Below the pieces are notes generated by a model that saw only the letters and a program-made list of their open reading frames with translations, ran no database searches and had not been told where the DNA came from. DNA of 64,000 nucleotides, taken from the human T2T-CHM13v2.0 reference genome, Homo sapiens. The stretch's first letter is position 1. Each line of letters starts with the position of its first letter. Location of the stretch: the NCBI RefSeq assembly GCF_009914755.1, contig NC_060934.1, one strand, 5' to 3'. The position numbers and the translations under genes are program-made. Below, piece by piece: positions 1-24,638 of the stretch.

Positions 1-34
1 TATATAATTCTTATTATCTAACAAACATTGCAGC

Positions 35-3050
<3,016 letters not shown>

Positions 3051-3312
3051 TGATCACAATAAGGAACAGTTAGTGTAGCAAGATATAAAATAGTGATGCT
3101 CTTATGGGTTACTGATTTGTATATCTTCACTTGTTTACTCCAATATCAAAGTGTTTCCAGTGGCTACATTTTTTAGTCCTTGGCTGGTGTTGACTTGTAT
3201 TTAATCTCCATCATGGGCTCTTTTACTTTTTGCTTGTCAGTATACCTGCTGAAAACAACGCACTACTTATTAATGGCCTGTCTGCTTTGTGCTGAGATAC
3301 CAAATAGTGCTG

Positions 3313-3583
3313 TTTTAGAATGTAGAAACTGAGTATAATGTATATTTTTGTACATTTATTTAATTAGTATATTTATTTAATTAGTAATACATAGTATAGT
3401 TTTAGAATGTATATTTATTAGAATAGAATATATTTAGAATGTTAGTATTAGAATAGAATGTATATTTAGAATGTTAGAATTTATTTAGAATGTATATTTA
3501 GAATGTATATTTATAGAATGTATTTAATTAGTACATTTAATTAGTAATACATAGTTTAATTTTAGAATGTATAAACTGAGTAT
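3313..3583. repeat. AT-rich degenerate minisatellite (TTAGAATGTATA / TTTAATTAGTA units)
   Basis: Many imperfect copies bracketed by the direct repeat ttttagaatgta(g/t)aaactgagtat. Confidence 0.8.
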
Positions 3584-3770
3584 GAATTTATGATCTCGAA
3601 AATTGAAAATATTTTTGCTTATTTTCTGGTTTTCATTTTTGTTCCAGATACGTTAACAGAATAGATGGCCTTTAGCTAATAGATATGAAAAAGGTGTCTT
3701 CTTGTACTTAACATGTTTGCTTATGGTTTCTATTTTGCATTTATATTAATCCTGTAAATTCCCCTAACAG

Positions 3771-4049
3771 GCAGAGTGGCATGATTCCGACTGGATACTC
3801 TCAGTGCCAGCCAAATTACCTGAAATTGAAGAATATTATGATGGAAACACATCTTCTAATTCCAGACAGAGGAGTGGCTGGTCAAGTGGTCGATCAGGCC
3901 GGTCAGGCCGGTCAGGTGGTCGATCTGGCGGCCGGTCAGGTAGACAGAGTCGACAAGGAAGTCGCTCAGGAAGTCGACAAGATGGTAGAAGACGAAGTGG
4001 GAATAGAAATCGATCAAGAAGTGGGGGCCACAAACGGAGTTTTGACTGA
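3771..4049 (+). CDS. DDX50: DDX50 last coding exon (AEWHDSDW...RS/RG-rich tail...HKRSFD*)
   Basis: ctaacag| acceptor, in frame with ORF 3804..4049; RSGRSG-rich C-terminus typical of DDX50 (RH-II/Gu beta). Confidence 0.95.
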   Translation, partial: AEWHDSDWILSVPAKLPEIEEYYDGNTSSNSRQRSGWSSGRSGRSGRSGGRSGGRSGRQSRQGSRSGSRQDGRRRSGNRNRSRSGGHKRSFD

Positions 4050-4262
4050 GTATTTGATAGTTAATCTACCAGTGTGAGCTTGCCTATTTCTGCCTAATCA
4101 TGTACATTATCCACCAAAAATTAGGTCATCATAGTTGAGGTATGTGTCTGCTATTTGCAAAGAAGTTGGTCGTATTTTTTTAAAAAGTATTTCACAAGAA
4201 TGGAACAAATCTACTTATCCAGTTATACCTTTGAATAAAAAAACCTCCTTTTATTGTCTCTT
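4050..4262 (+). other. DDX50: DDX50 3' UTR (end approximate)
   Basis: Lies between the TGA and AATAAA at 4234-4239, followed by a T-rich downstream element. Confidence 0.75.
4234..4239 (+). terminator. DDX50: DDX50 polyadenylation signal AATAAA
   Basis: Canonical hexamer about 185 nt after the stop, with U-rich sequence downstream. Confidence 0.8.
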
Positions 4263-4266
4263 TTCA

Positions 4267-4656
<390 letters not shown>

Positions 4657-4839
4657 TTACTTGCATTTTACAAAATGTGATGTATTTGTATTCATATAAT
4701 TCCTCCCATAGGTTATGTGATAAAAATAAGAAATTCCCTTCTACATTAAAGGGCTGTGTAAACTGTTGACATGGTTAGTTAGGTGTATCATTTTAGTCTA
4801 GACACAGTTAATTAAAAGAGTGTGCCAACAGTGCATACT

Positions 4840-8900
<4,061 letters not shown>

Positions 8901-9732
8901 CAATGATTTGTGAACACTGAGCAAGGGCACCTGGCCCTGGAATGGGAGTGGGGGTTCAGGGAAGGCTTTTTAGACGTGATGGCTGAGCGTTAAGTAGGTA
9001 AAAGAAACAGGAAACCTTGCATCCAAGCAAAGGCACAGAAAAGCTGATGAAACAACATGGTCTTAAGTATGGGGAACTATGAGTAGCTCTTGTTGCTGGG
9101 ATCGTGACTGTGAGGAAGGCAATGGTGAGAACAAGGCAAGATGTGTTATATCTTGGAGGGCTTTGTAGGTCTTGTTTTGGATAGCTGTTGGAGGGTTTCA
9201 GGGAAGAGTGAAAAAGATAAGTATATAGGTAAATGCCAACAGGGTGGATGGGTTTAAGAGAGTCTACCTGCTAAAGGTCAGATGCCCTATTAGCAAGGGT
9301 CCTAACAAAATTAAATAATAGCTTTCCACATGTTTTGAAAGTAGGATGGGGCCAGGCAAATTTCTCATCAAATTCTCAGCTTTGGGCTGCACTCGGCCAC
9401 TGGTATCTTTACTCTTCTTCCTTTTAGAAGCCAGTACCTTCATGGCTCCCTTTTTTTGGCTTTTGGCCTCCTGTTTGGTACTCTGTGCTCTAGTCATTTA
9501 ACAGCTATTTGAACTAGAATCAGTTACTCTGATCTTCAGTTTTTGAATTTATAAATGAAATAACATCTGCTTTATTCTCTCCAGCTTTAGAATTATGAAT
9601 TCACTTTTAGGTTTAAATATCTTGAGAGTCTTCTCTCACATTGTTTTTGTTTCCTGTATTTTGGGGATAGTGCTTAACAGTAGTTTTTAAAAACCATATT
9701 CCTTTTTTTTTTCCTTATAAGTATACATGTCA

Positions 9733-13012
<3,280 letters not shown>

Positions 13013-13229
13013 AACCCACAAGACCTCTCTCTCCCGCTAGTCTATAAAGCTTCTTGACGATAAGGCTTTTGTGCTTGTTAGTGAATACTAGTCCTGTTTC
13101 TCCTACCTGACACAGTGAACGCTCATAAGATGTTTGAGTGCTCGCATGAATGAACGACCAGACCCGACTGAATTATTTTTTTTCTTCAGGCTCCTGAGTC
13201 TGGTCGACACTTTCAGAGTAGACGTTTCC

Positions 13230-14634
<1,405 letters not shown>

Positions 14635-15569
14635 TTATTACGAAAATCTGTTTTACAACTGTTTGACCCACATGAGTTGACTGGATTTCCCATGGAAATG
14701 TAAAGGCATGTGTTGCGGTGCTGAGTGTACACCATATTTTTTATATAGGCCAGCAGTGTGCAGTAGTTTTAACCTTGATAGCTGACCGGTGCTTTGCTGT
14801 TGCTTCCTAGTGATTTAACTTGTGACTGAGTCTCTGTTCTGAGATCAAGTCAGTGGGAACAAAGATTGTCCTTGAACTTAGGTTGTACGCTACTTAGAAT
14901 TAACTTTCCTTGTTGGTTTCTCTGTCTTTTGATATGGAGTTCTTACAATAGCAATATTTTAGAATTGTAGGAAGCCGCGGCAGATTTGTACTCAGGTGCA
15001 AGAAGGTCGTGGTCCTGGTTTACATTGCATCAGTCAATTGCGTTCAATTTGGCATGCTCAAATCCAGAGGTACATGACCAAACTCTGTTATATTCCAAAA
15101 GAGACCACCAGGATGGGAAACTCAGTCTTATTTGGTGGAACCAAGGGATGAAAACGAATAAAATTTTGGAAGGAGACTAGCTTGTTTTTTGTTGGCTAGG
15201 AGATTATTCTTTAATCTATGATTTGAGAACAGAGACCAGGCCTGAAATTTCCGGGAGGCAGAATTCAGCGTAATATGTACTTCCAACATTGTTCTGGGGC
15301 TCTGCCAGAACAGGCTTCTAAGGAGGCTACAACACATGTCTAATTGTTTTCAGTAGTATGAAAAGTTGTAGAGGGTCAGAAAGTTCAAATAGGAGCCACA
15401 GTCATCTGTCTTACTTGGTTCTAAGGTGTCACTCCTTCCATATTCTTGTAACTTATTTATTTTATTTTAAATTAAGTACATCTTTTTTACACATGAGTGA
15501 TAGACTGTGAGTTTTTATAACTTTTTGTTTCATAAAGTGTCTCTTTATTTTATTATTATTATTTTTTGA

Positions 15570-15719
<150 letters not shown>

Positions 15720-15844
15720 TAGAGACAGAGTCTTACTGTCACCCAAGCTAGAGTGCAGTGGCATGATTATAGCTGACTGCAGTCTTGAATTCCTGGGCTC
15801 AAGCAATCCTCCCACCTCAGCCTCCTAAGTAGCTAGGAGTATAG

Positions 15845-16105
<261 letters not shown>

Positions 16106-17237
16106 TGATTCGCCCTCCTTGGCCTCCCAAAGTCCTGAGATTATAGGCATGAGCCACCGCGCCCAGCCTAAATTTTAAACTTTTTCAATAGAGACGGGGT
16201 CTCGCTATATTGTCCATGCTTGCCTGGAACTGCTGGCCTCAAACAATCCTCCTGCCTTGGCCTCCCAGAGTGCTGAGATTACAGGCATGAACCACTGCAC
16301 CTGGCCCTAAACTGTCTTTGTATAAATTCATTTGCTCTTGTAAGATAGGCAAAGTGCAGAATTCCTGTTTTGGAGTTAGAGGCTGCAGTGAGCTATGATC
16401 ATGCCTCTGTACCACAACCTGGGTGAAAAAGTGAAATTGTCTCTTAAAAAAACAAAAAAAATCCCTGTTGTTTTACCTGGGATTTTAGCAGGAAGAAAGA
16501 AAAGAAACCTGCTTAACATCATCAATCTGTAGATACATTTGCCTTATTCTATTGGAATTGAATTTGGACTTTTTATAGTATTGAGTTTGGAGCCTGTTGG
16601 AGTATCCCATGAGCTTATCCAAATCCCTTATGAAAATCTGGTTTATAGGCCAAGCACGGTGGCTCATGTAATCCTAGCAGTTTGGGAGGCCGGAGTGGGT
16701 GGGTTGCCTGAGCTCAGGAGTTTGAGACCAGCCTGGGCAACATGGGAAAACCCCACCTCTACTAAAAATACAAAAATTCGCTGGGTGTGGTGGTGGGCGC
16801 CTGTAGTCCCAGGTACTCGGGAGGCTGAGGCATGAGAATAACTTGAACTCAGGAGTGGAGGTTTCAGTGAGCTGAGATTGTGCCACTTCACTACAGCCTG
16901 GGCGACAGAGCGAGACTCTGTCTCAAAAAAGAAAATCTGTTTTACAACTGTTTGACCCACATGAGTTGAATAGTTACTAAGGGGCACTCTTCATTTTCCA
17001 AGATAGTGAAACTATTGATATATACCCGTCTATATATATAGCTAAGAAGCGATTTTAGAAAAAGCTTACTATTTTGATTTTTACCTTATCACAGCATGAA
17101 AGTACAAATGTCGAAATGCCCCAAAATTGTATTTTTTAAAGTTGAAAATGATCTTGAAATAATCCAGAATTGATGAATGTTGCAAATGTATAAATGCCTT
17201 ATTCAGTGTTTGTATTTTCCTTATGAATTTTTTTTAG

Positions 17238-17681
17238 AAAGAGAAAAAAGAGAAGCCAAAATCTGATAAGACTGAAGAGATAGCAGAAGAGGAAGAAACT
17301 GTTTTCCCCAAAGCTAAACAAGTTAAAAAGAAAGCAGAGCCTTCTGAAGTTGACATGAATTCTCCTAAATCCAAAAAGGCAAAAAAGAAAGAGGAGCCAT
17401 CTCAAAATGACATTTCTCCTAAAACCAAAAGTTTGAGAAAGAAAAAGGAGCCCATTGAAAAGAAAGTGGTTTCTTCTAAAACCAAAAAAGTGACAAAAAA
17501 TGAGGAGCCTTCTGAGGAAGAAATAGATGCTCCTAAGCCCAAGAAGATGAAGAAAGAAAAGGAAATGAATGGAGAAACTAGAGAGAAAAGCCCCAAACTG
17601 AAGAATGGATTTCCTCATCCTGAACCGGACTGTAACCCCAGTGAAGCTGCCAGTGAAGAAAGTAACAGTGAGATAGAGCAG
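17238..17681 (+). CDS. DDX21: DDX21 exon 2 (444 nt, K/E-rich disordered N-terminal region)
   Basis: tttttag|AAA ... CAG|gtacat; in frame with ORF 17355..17705. Confidence 0.97.
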
Positions 17682-17819
17682 GTACATTTGCACTTCATTG
17701 GGTAGAAGATATCTTTCATTGTTGTTTCAGATAAATAAGTAGGTAACTGCTATATGTACTCTTTAATAGTAGGAGAAAATGTGATGTGTCAGCACCTTGT
17801 GGGTTGGGGGATACCTTAG

Positions 17820-18131
<312 letters not shown>

Positions 18132-19512
18132 TGATCTGCCCGCCTGGGCCTCCCAAAGTGTTGGGATTACAGGCATGAGCTACTGTTCCCAGCGGACTCT
18201 GTCTTTAAAAAAAAAAAAAAAAAATTAGCATAGTGTCACAATGCCTCCTTTACAAATAAGCAGATACTGCTTAAGCTTAGGGAGAGTCTTGGTCTGCTTA
18301 TTTGCAAGTCAGTCAACAGAAGAGATACAGTTTTGTAAATGGGCCCTAGTTTCCCTCTGAGGGGTTTAACCAAATAAATTATTGGAATTACTGAAAAGGT
18401 TGATTGCATAAGTCCTTTTGGTTAGGCCATTAAGTAATCATCCTGGAGTTGAACAGGATGATAAAATGTCTGTCCAGAACCTAATTCTGTTATCTTTCAG
18501 AAACTCAGTTATGAAAGAAATACGAATTGTATTAAAAAAATTTGTTTTAGACATGGGATCTCGCTGTGTGGCCCAGGCTGGTCTAGAACTTGTGGCTTCA
18601 AGCGATAATCCCGCCTAAGCCTCCCGAGTAGCTGGGATTACAGGCACAAGCCACCACACCCAGCTGAAAAATACTAATTCTAATAGATTTTCTTTTTGCT
18701 ATAGATCATGGTCAACATTTGTAACTTTTTTCCTGATTATAAAAAATATGTGATCCAGAGAAAATAGAAAATGCAGACATTTTGCAAAAAGAAAGAAATG
18801 CTTCCTGGAATTTCACCATTCATTTAGTAAATATTAATACCTGTACTTTTCAAGTACAGAAGTCATCTTGTTAATTTTTGGTGTTTCCTTGTAGTACTTT
18901 TAGTATATGCATCTATTATTTTTAATCAGATTAGGATTGTACTGTGCAATCTTGTATCTTTTTTGTTTCTAGCTAAGCATTTTCCTCGTTAAGTACGCTT
19001 AATGGTTACATAATCCTTCATATAAATGTCTTGAAATCTACTTACTACTTGTATTGAGCATTCAGATATCTTACTATCAAATAATGCCACAGTGACTGCT
19101 ACCTCATAAAATGTTTGTTCATTTTCTATGGATGTGTGTATACAAGAGATGCTGCTTTGGAAGAGGGCTAATGACATTTCCATCAGTATATTGTTGATTA
19201 TGGTTATGGAGTAGATCTTAGTTGAGATCTAGTCACACATAATCTTAGTTGAGATCTTAGTTGAGATCTAGTTACCCAGTATATATTTGCCTCAGATTTT
19301 TCTTTTGTTAAAGTTTTATAGATTTATGACAATGTTTCCTTTTCAGATCTCGAGTTACCTATCAAGGTTTTTGTATCTTTTTGGTTGATTTTTAAAGTGA
19401 TGTGTTTAGAAGAATTGCTTTAGGATAGCTTGTTTTGTCTCTTTCTCAGAAGGTTCTCTATTAATTTGTGTAGGTGATTATTGATTTCTTTCTATGGCCC
19501 TTTACTTGATAG

Positions 19513-19588
19513 GAAATACCTGTGGAACAAAAAGAAGGCGCTTTCTCTAATTTTCCCATATCTGAAGAAACTATTAAACTTCTCAAAG
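19513..19588 (+). CDS. DDX21: DDX21 exon 3 ([17 protein letters not shown]...; start of Q motif)
   Basis: gatag| ... AAAG|gtaatg, 76 nt. Confidence 0.95.
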
Positions 19589-20721
19589 GTAATGTTCTTG
19601 GAAATATCGTATGATGTTAGAACGTATTATTTTAACAGAAGCACTCCACTATTTTTGTTAAGATGAACCAGGATGTATTCTTATTGTAGGCTGATATATG
19701 CAGTCATATAATGAAGTAGGCCTGTGTATTCAATTTAGTACTATAGTAGTGATGGTTCTTCATGCTTCTTAAACAAGTGGTTAAAGTTTCTTCAGGCCCT
19801 CTGTGGTGGCTCACACCTGTAATTGATTGAGGCCAGGAGTTTGAGATCTTCCTGGGTAACATAGTGAGAACCTGTCCCGACAAAAAGTTTAAAAATTAGC
19901 TGGGCACGTGGTAACACACATCTATAGTCCTAACTACTCCAGAGGCTGAGGAAGGAAGATCGCTTGAGCCCAGGAGTTCAAGGCTTCAGTGAACTGTGGT
20001 CACACCACTGCACGCCAGCCTGGGTGACAGAATGAAACCCTGTCTCAAAAAAAATTGTATTTAATACAGTGTGTATTCAGAAGTGTATTGACTAATGGTG
20101 CTGGTGAAATTAAGCAATTAGGTGATGCCATATTAATGTTTTATCTCTTTCACTTCTGAGGCATCTCTAGATTAATGAGCCTAATTTATAGGCATAAACC
20201 CAGAATTCATTTAATAATCTGCTTCTGAAGTAGCTGGAGTCACAGTTACTCAAGTAGGTGCTTCCTAAATCAGGAGCAGCACAGTTGGATTGCAAAGCAC
20301 CAGATTTTCAGGCTTATGGATGAGACTTCAAATATTTACTATAATTGGATGCTTTAAAGTTTGTTGATATTTTTCAGTCAAGCAGATTCTTTACTATCAG
20401 AATATTTCTGAGCCAGGTATGATGGCTTGCACCTGTAATCCCAGCTGTCCATCAGGCTGAGGCAGGAGGATCACTTGAGCCCAGGAGTTCAAGGCTGCAA
20501 GTGAGTTATGATCACACCACTGTACTCCAGCATGGGCGACAAAGCAAGACCTTGTCTCTTAAAAAATATACGTATTTGAGCCTAACTTTGTAGATGTTGA
20601 CCAGAAGGTAGAACTCCTTAATTCTGCAGGACCAGAAGCATGAGTAGTATACTTCAGTATGTCAGTATGGCTAATGTTTTAAGAATTGCAGTGTGAGATA
20701 ACACAGTTAATTTGTTCATAG

Positions 20722-20900
20722 GCCGAGGAGTGACCTTCCTATTTCCTATACAAGCAAAGACATTCCATCATGTTTACAGCGGGAAGGACTTAATTGCACA
20801 GGCACGGACAGGAACTGGGAAGACATTCTCCTTTGCCATCCCTTTGATTGAGAAACTTCATGGGGAACTGCAAGACAGGAAGAGAGGCCGTGCCCCTCAG
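20722..20900 (+). CDS. DDX21: DDX21 exon 4 (Q motif FPIQ, Walker A ARTGTGKT)
   Basis: catag| ... CAG|gtaact, 179 nt. Confidence 0.97.
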
Positions 20901-22809
20901 GTAACTGTCTTAAATACAAGGGCTCTCAGTCAGCATAGGAAAAACCACCACTTGGGCATTGTGTACATACCCTACTATTTTTTATTGAGTTCTTATAGTC
21001 ACCCATTCTATTTACTGTGGATCTTTATGTGAAAGTAATCCAGGACAATTCTTTTATATTTAATAATTAATATATACAGATCATTCTCTGTATATTTCAA
21101 TATTTTAATCTTTCCCACAGTTTTGATCATCTATATAATTAATGCTATCATATTTCCTTCAAACCATTAGATGTCCCTGGGGCTCATAGCTTTCGTCAAG
21201 TGTCTGACCATTTTTGCCTAGATGGAGAAAGCATTTTTGGTAGAAAAGCATGAATGGGCGGTGGCTCACACCTGTAATCCCAGCACTTTGGGAGCCCGAG
21301 GTGGGCGGATCACGAGGTCAGGAGATCGAGACCATCCTGGCTAACAACATGAAAGCCCATCTCTAATAAAAATACAAAAAATTAGCCGGGCGTGGTGGCG
21401 GGCGCGTGTAGTCCCAACTACTTGGGAGGCTGAGGCAGGAGAATGGCGTGAATCCAGGAGGCGGAGCTTGCAGTGAGCCGAGATGCACCACTGCACTCCA
21501 GCCTGGGCGATAGAGCAAGACTCCGTCTCAAGAAAAAAAAAAAAAAAAAAAGAAAAGCATGAATGGAAAGAAGGGCAAGTCAGAGGTGAAAACGCCAAGC
21601 CCCCATATTAGGGTGAGTCCATTGGGTTCATTTCTAGAGAACTTGACATTTAACAAACATTAACCTCATTGAAATGACTGCGAATGCCCATGTAGTCACT
21701 TTGGCTGTGGGTTCTTGCAGTTGTCTTTCTGGCCTAACCTCACTTGCTCACTGGCCTTCCAGTGTCCATGCTCCCCCTTTGTTAATTTGTTTACTGCTAT
21801 ATCCCTAGCACATTTTAGATGAATGTATTAGGTGTTCTTGAATCATATTAGTTTCATACCATTACCCTATTTTTGAGGACCTGTAGCAGTTCAAGCAATT
21901 CTCCTGCCTTAGCCTCCCAAGTAGCTGGGATTACAGGCGTGTACCACCATGCCTGGCTAATTTTGTATTTTTAGTAGAGATGGGGTTTCACCATGTTGGC
22001 CAGGCTGGTCTGGAACTCCTGACGTCAAGTGATCCACCCACCTCAGCCTCCCAAAGTGCTGGAATTATAGGCTTGAGCCACTGCACCTGGACTTTTTTTT
22101 TTTTTTTTTTTTTTGAGACAAAGTCTCGCTTTGTCGCCCAGGTTGGAGTGCGGTGGTGCAATCTTAACCTCTGCCTCGCAGGTTTAAGTGATCCTCCCGC
22201 CTCAACATCCCAAGTAGTTGGGATTACAAGTGTGAGCCACCACGCCTGGCTCATTTGTATTTTTAGTAGAGATAGACTTTCACCATGTTGGCCAGGCTGG
22301 TCTTGAACTCCTGACCACCCACCTTGGCCTCCCAAAGTGCTAGGATTATAGGCATGAGCCATTGCGCCTGGCCAGCAGTTTCATGTTTTATATATATATA
22401 GATCAAATTCATATTGCTCTAGGATTCAAAGCCCCTTACATTGTTGGCTCTACCTTACTTCTCTGATTTTGTTCTGCTTCAAATTTTCTCTACTGTAGAG
22501 GTTAAGACTATAGGTTTTGGATCCCAATTGCTTGAAGGCTCTGCTCCTTCTTAGCCTTTGGGGTTTAGTCAAGTTATTTATCCTCTAATACCTAGCTCAA
22601 AAGGTTGCAAGAATTGAATCAGAATAATATATATAAAGAATTTAGTAGAGTCTCAGATCTATTAGACAAAAATATTAGATAATGTTATCGTCATCATCAG
22701 CGTTAGACCTTGTTCAAGTCGTTCTTTTCCTGGAATGCTGTTCTTTAAGGACTAGATTAAGAAACAAATACTACACAGTAATTTGAATTCAATTATTTTT
22801 CTTTATCAG

Positions 22810-22927
22810 GTACTGGTTCTTGCACCTACAAGAGAGTTGGCAAATCAAGTAAGCAAAGACTTCAGTGACATCACAAAAAAGCTGTCAGTGGCTTGTTTTT
22901 ATGGTGGAACTCCCTATGGAGGTCAAT
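22810..22927 (+). CDS. DDX21: DDX21 exon 5 (motif Ia PTRELA, GG doublet)
   Basis: atcag| ... CAAT|gtgagt, 118 nt. Confidence 0.96.
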
Positions 22928-23829
22928 GTGAGTACATTCAAAAAGTGAGGGAGGTATAATGCCACCCATTGTTGACTGCTCTGATTGGATTTCTTTTCAC
23001 CTTGACATCTGGCTTCTCTATATAGGATAGTCGTTTATGGGGATTTTCTTTTGCCATTGTTTAAACATGGTCAAGAACATGGTCCTGCTTGATGATAGGC
23101 AAATCCTGTATATCGTTCTTAGGACTTTTATCTATTTATATTTATCTAGGGGCTACAAAAGTAATTTATTATTGAACCCAAAAAGACAGTCCATTTGGGC
23201 TCTAGGAAATAGGAAGTCAGAATTCAAGGTTCCTCTTGTCTGTCAGGACCTTGGGTCTGTCCCTCTTTCTGCATGGTTGCTTCTTTCTTGATGTAGGCAG
23301 GCTTTCTTTCCTTGGGGCTCAAGGGCCAAATGTTACAGTCTCTACTCTTATATTCCATTACTTCCCAGTTCAAGGCCTTGGAGCTTTATTATTAGAGCAG
23401 ATGTATAAATTAGGAAGGGATTTAAGGAATTTAAAAAAATCATAGTTTTGGCCAGGCGCAGTGGCTCACGCCTGTAATCCCAGCACTTTGGGAGGCTGAG
23501 GCAGGCAGATCACAAGGGCAGGAGATCGAGACCATCCTGGCTAACACGGTAAAACCCCGTCTCTACTAAAAATACAAAAAATTAGCCGGGCGTGGTGGCA
23601 GGCACCTGTAGTCCCAGCTACTCGGGAGGCTGAGGCAGGAGAGTGGCGTGAACCTAGGAGGCTCCCACGCCCGGCTAATTTTTGTATTTTTAGTAGAGAC
23701 AGGGTTTCACCATATCGGCCAGGCTGATCTCGAACTCCTGACCTCATGATCTGCCAGCCTCAGTCTCCCAAAGTGCTGGGATTACAGGCGTGAGCCACCG
23801 TGCCCAGCCGGAAGTAATTTCTTTCCTGA

Positions 23830-24112
<283 letters not shown>

Positions 24113-24452
24113 TGATCCACCCACCTTGGCCTCCCAAAGTGCTGGGATTACAGGCGTGACCCACCACGCCCGGCTGCATATTTCTTTTATGTCACTTTGT
24201 ACACTAGACTGTCACTTCAAATATTTACTATAATTGGGTGCTTTAAATTTTGTTGATATTTTTCACTTCTAATGTTTTTCCCACTAGATTAGGAGTGCCA
24301 TGAGTATCTTTATCATTATTACTTAGCATATTACTTTGTACTTGTAGGTATTTAACAAATATTTTAGAGTAACAATACAGTTAACTGTGGTACCCCACAC
24401 AGATAAAAGTACTTACTAAAAACCCAGCAAATCTTGTCATTGTTTTTTATAG

Positions 24453-24638
24453 TTGAACGCATGAGGAATGGGATTGATATCCTGGTTGGAACACCAGGTC
24501 GTATCAAAGACCACATACAGAATGGCAAACTAGATCTCACCAAACTTAAGCATGTTGTCCTGGATGAAGTGGACCAGATGTTGGATATGGGATTTGCTGA
24601 TCAAGTGGAAGAGATTTTAAGTGTGGCATACAAGAAAG
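24453..24638 (+). CDS. DDX21: DDX21 exon 6 (TPGR; motif II DEVD)
   Basis: ttatag| ... AAAG|gtaatc, 186 nt. Confidence 0.97.

Noticed and set aside
3313-3583. CRISPR-like or other prokaryotic repeat array
   Set aside because: No constant repeat with unique spacers; the context is primate intron
3781-4077. Alternative-frame ORFs over the DDX50 tail (and similarly 39971-40251 over the DDX21 tail)
   Set aside because: Open because the coding repeats lack stops; no independent start or splice support
17199-17693. 164-aa F/L-rich antisense ORF resembling a membrane protein
   Set aside because: Reverse complement of the A-rich (Lys/Glu) DDX21 exon 2
24558-24575. DEVD instead of DEAD in motif II
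   Set aside because: Known normal feature of DDX21 and DDX50, not a mutation
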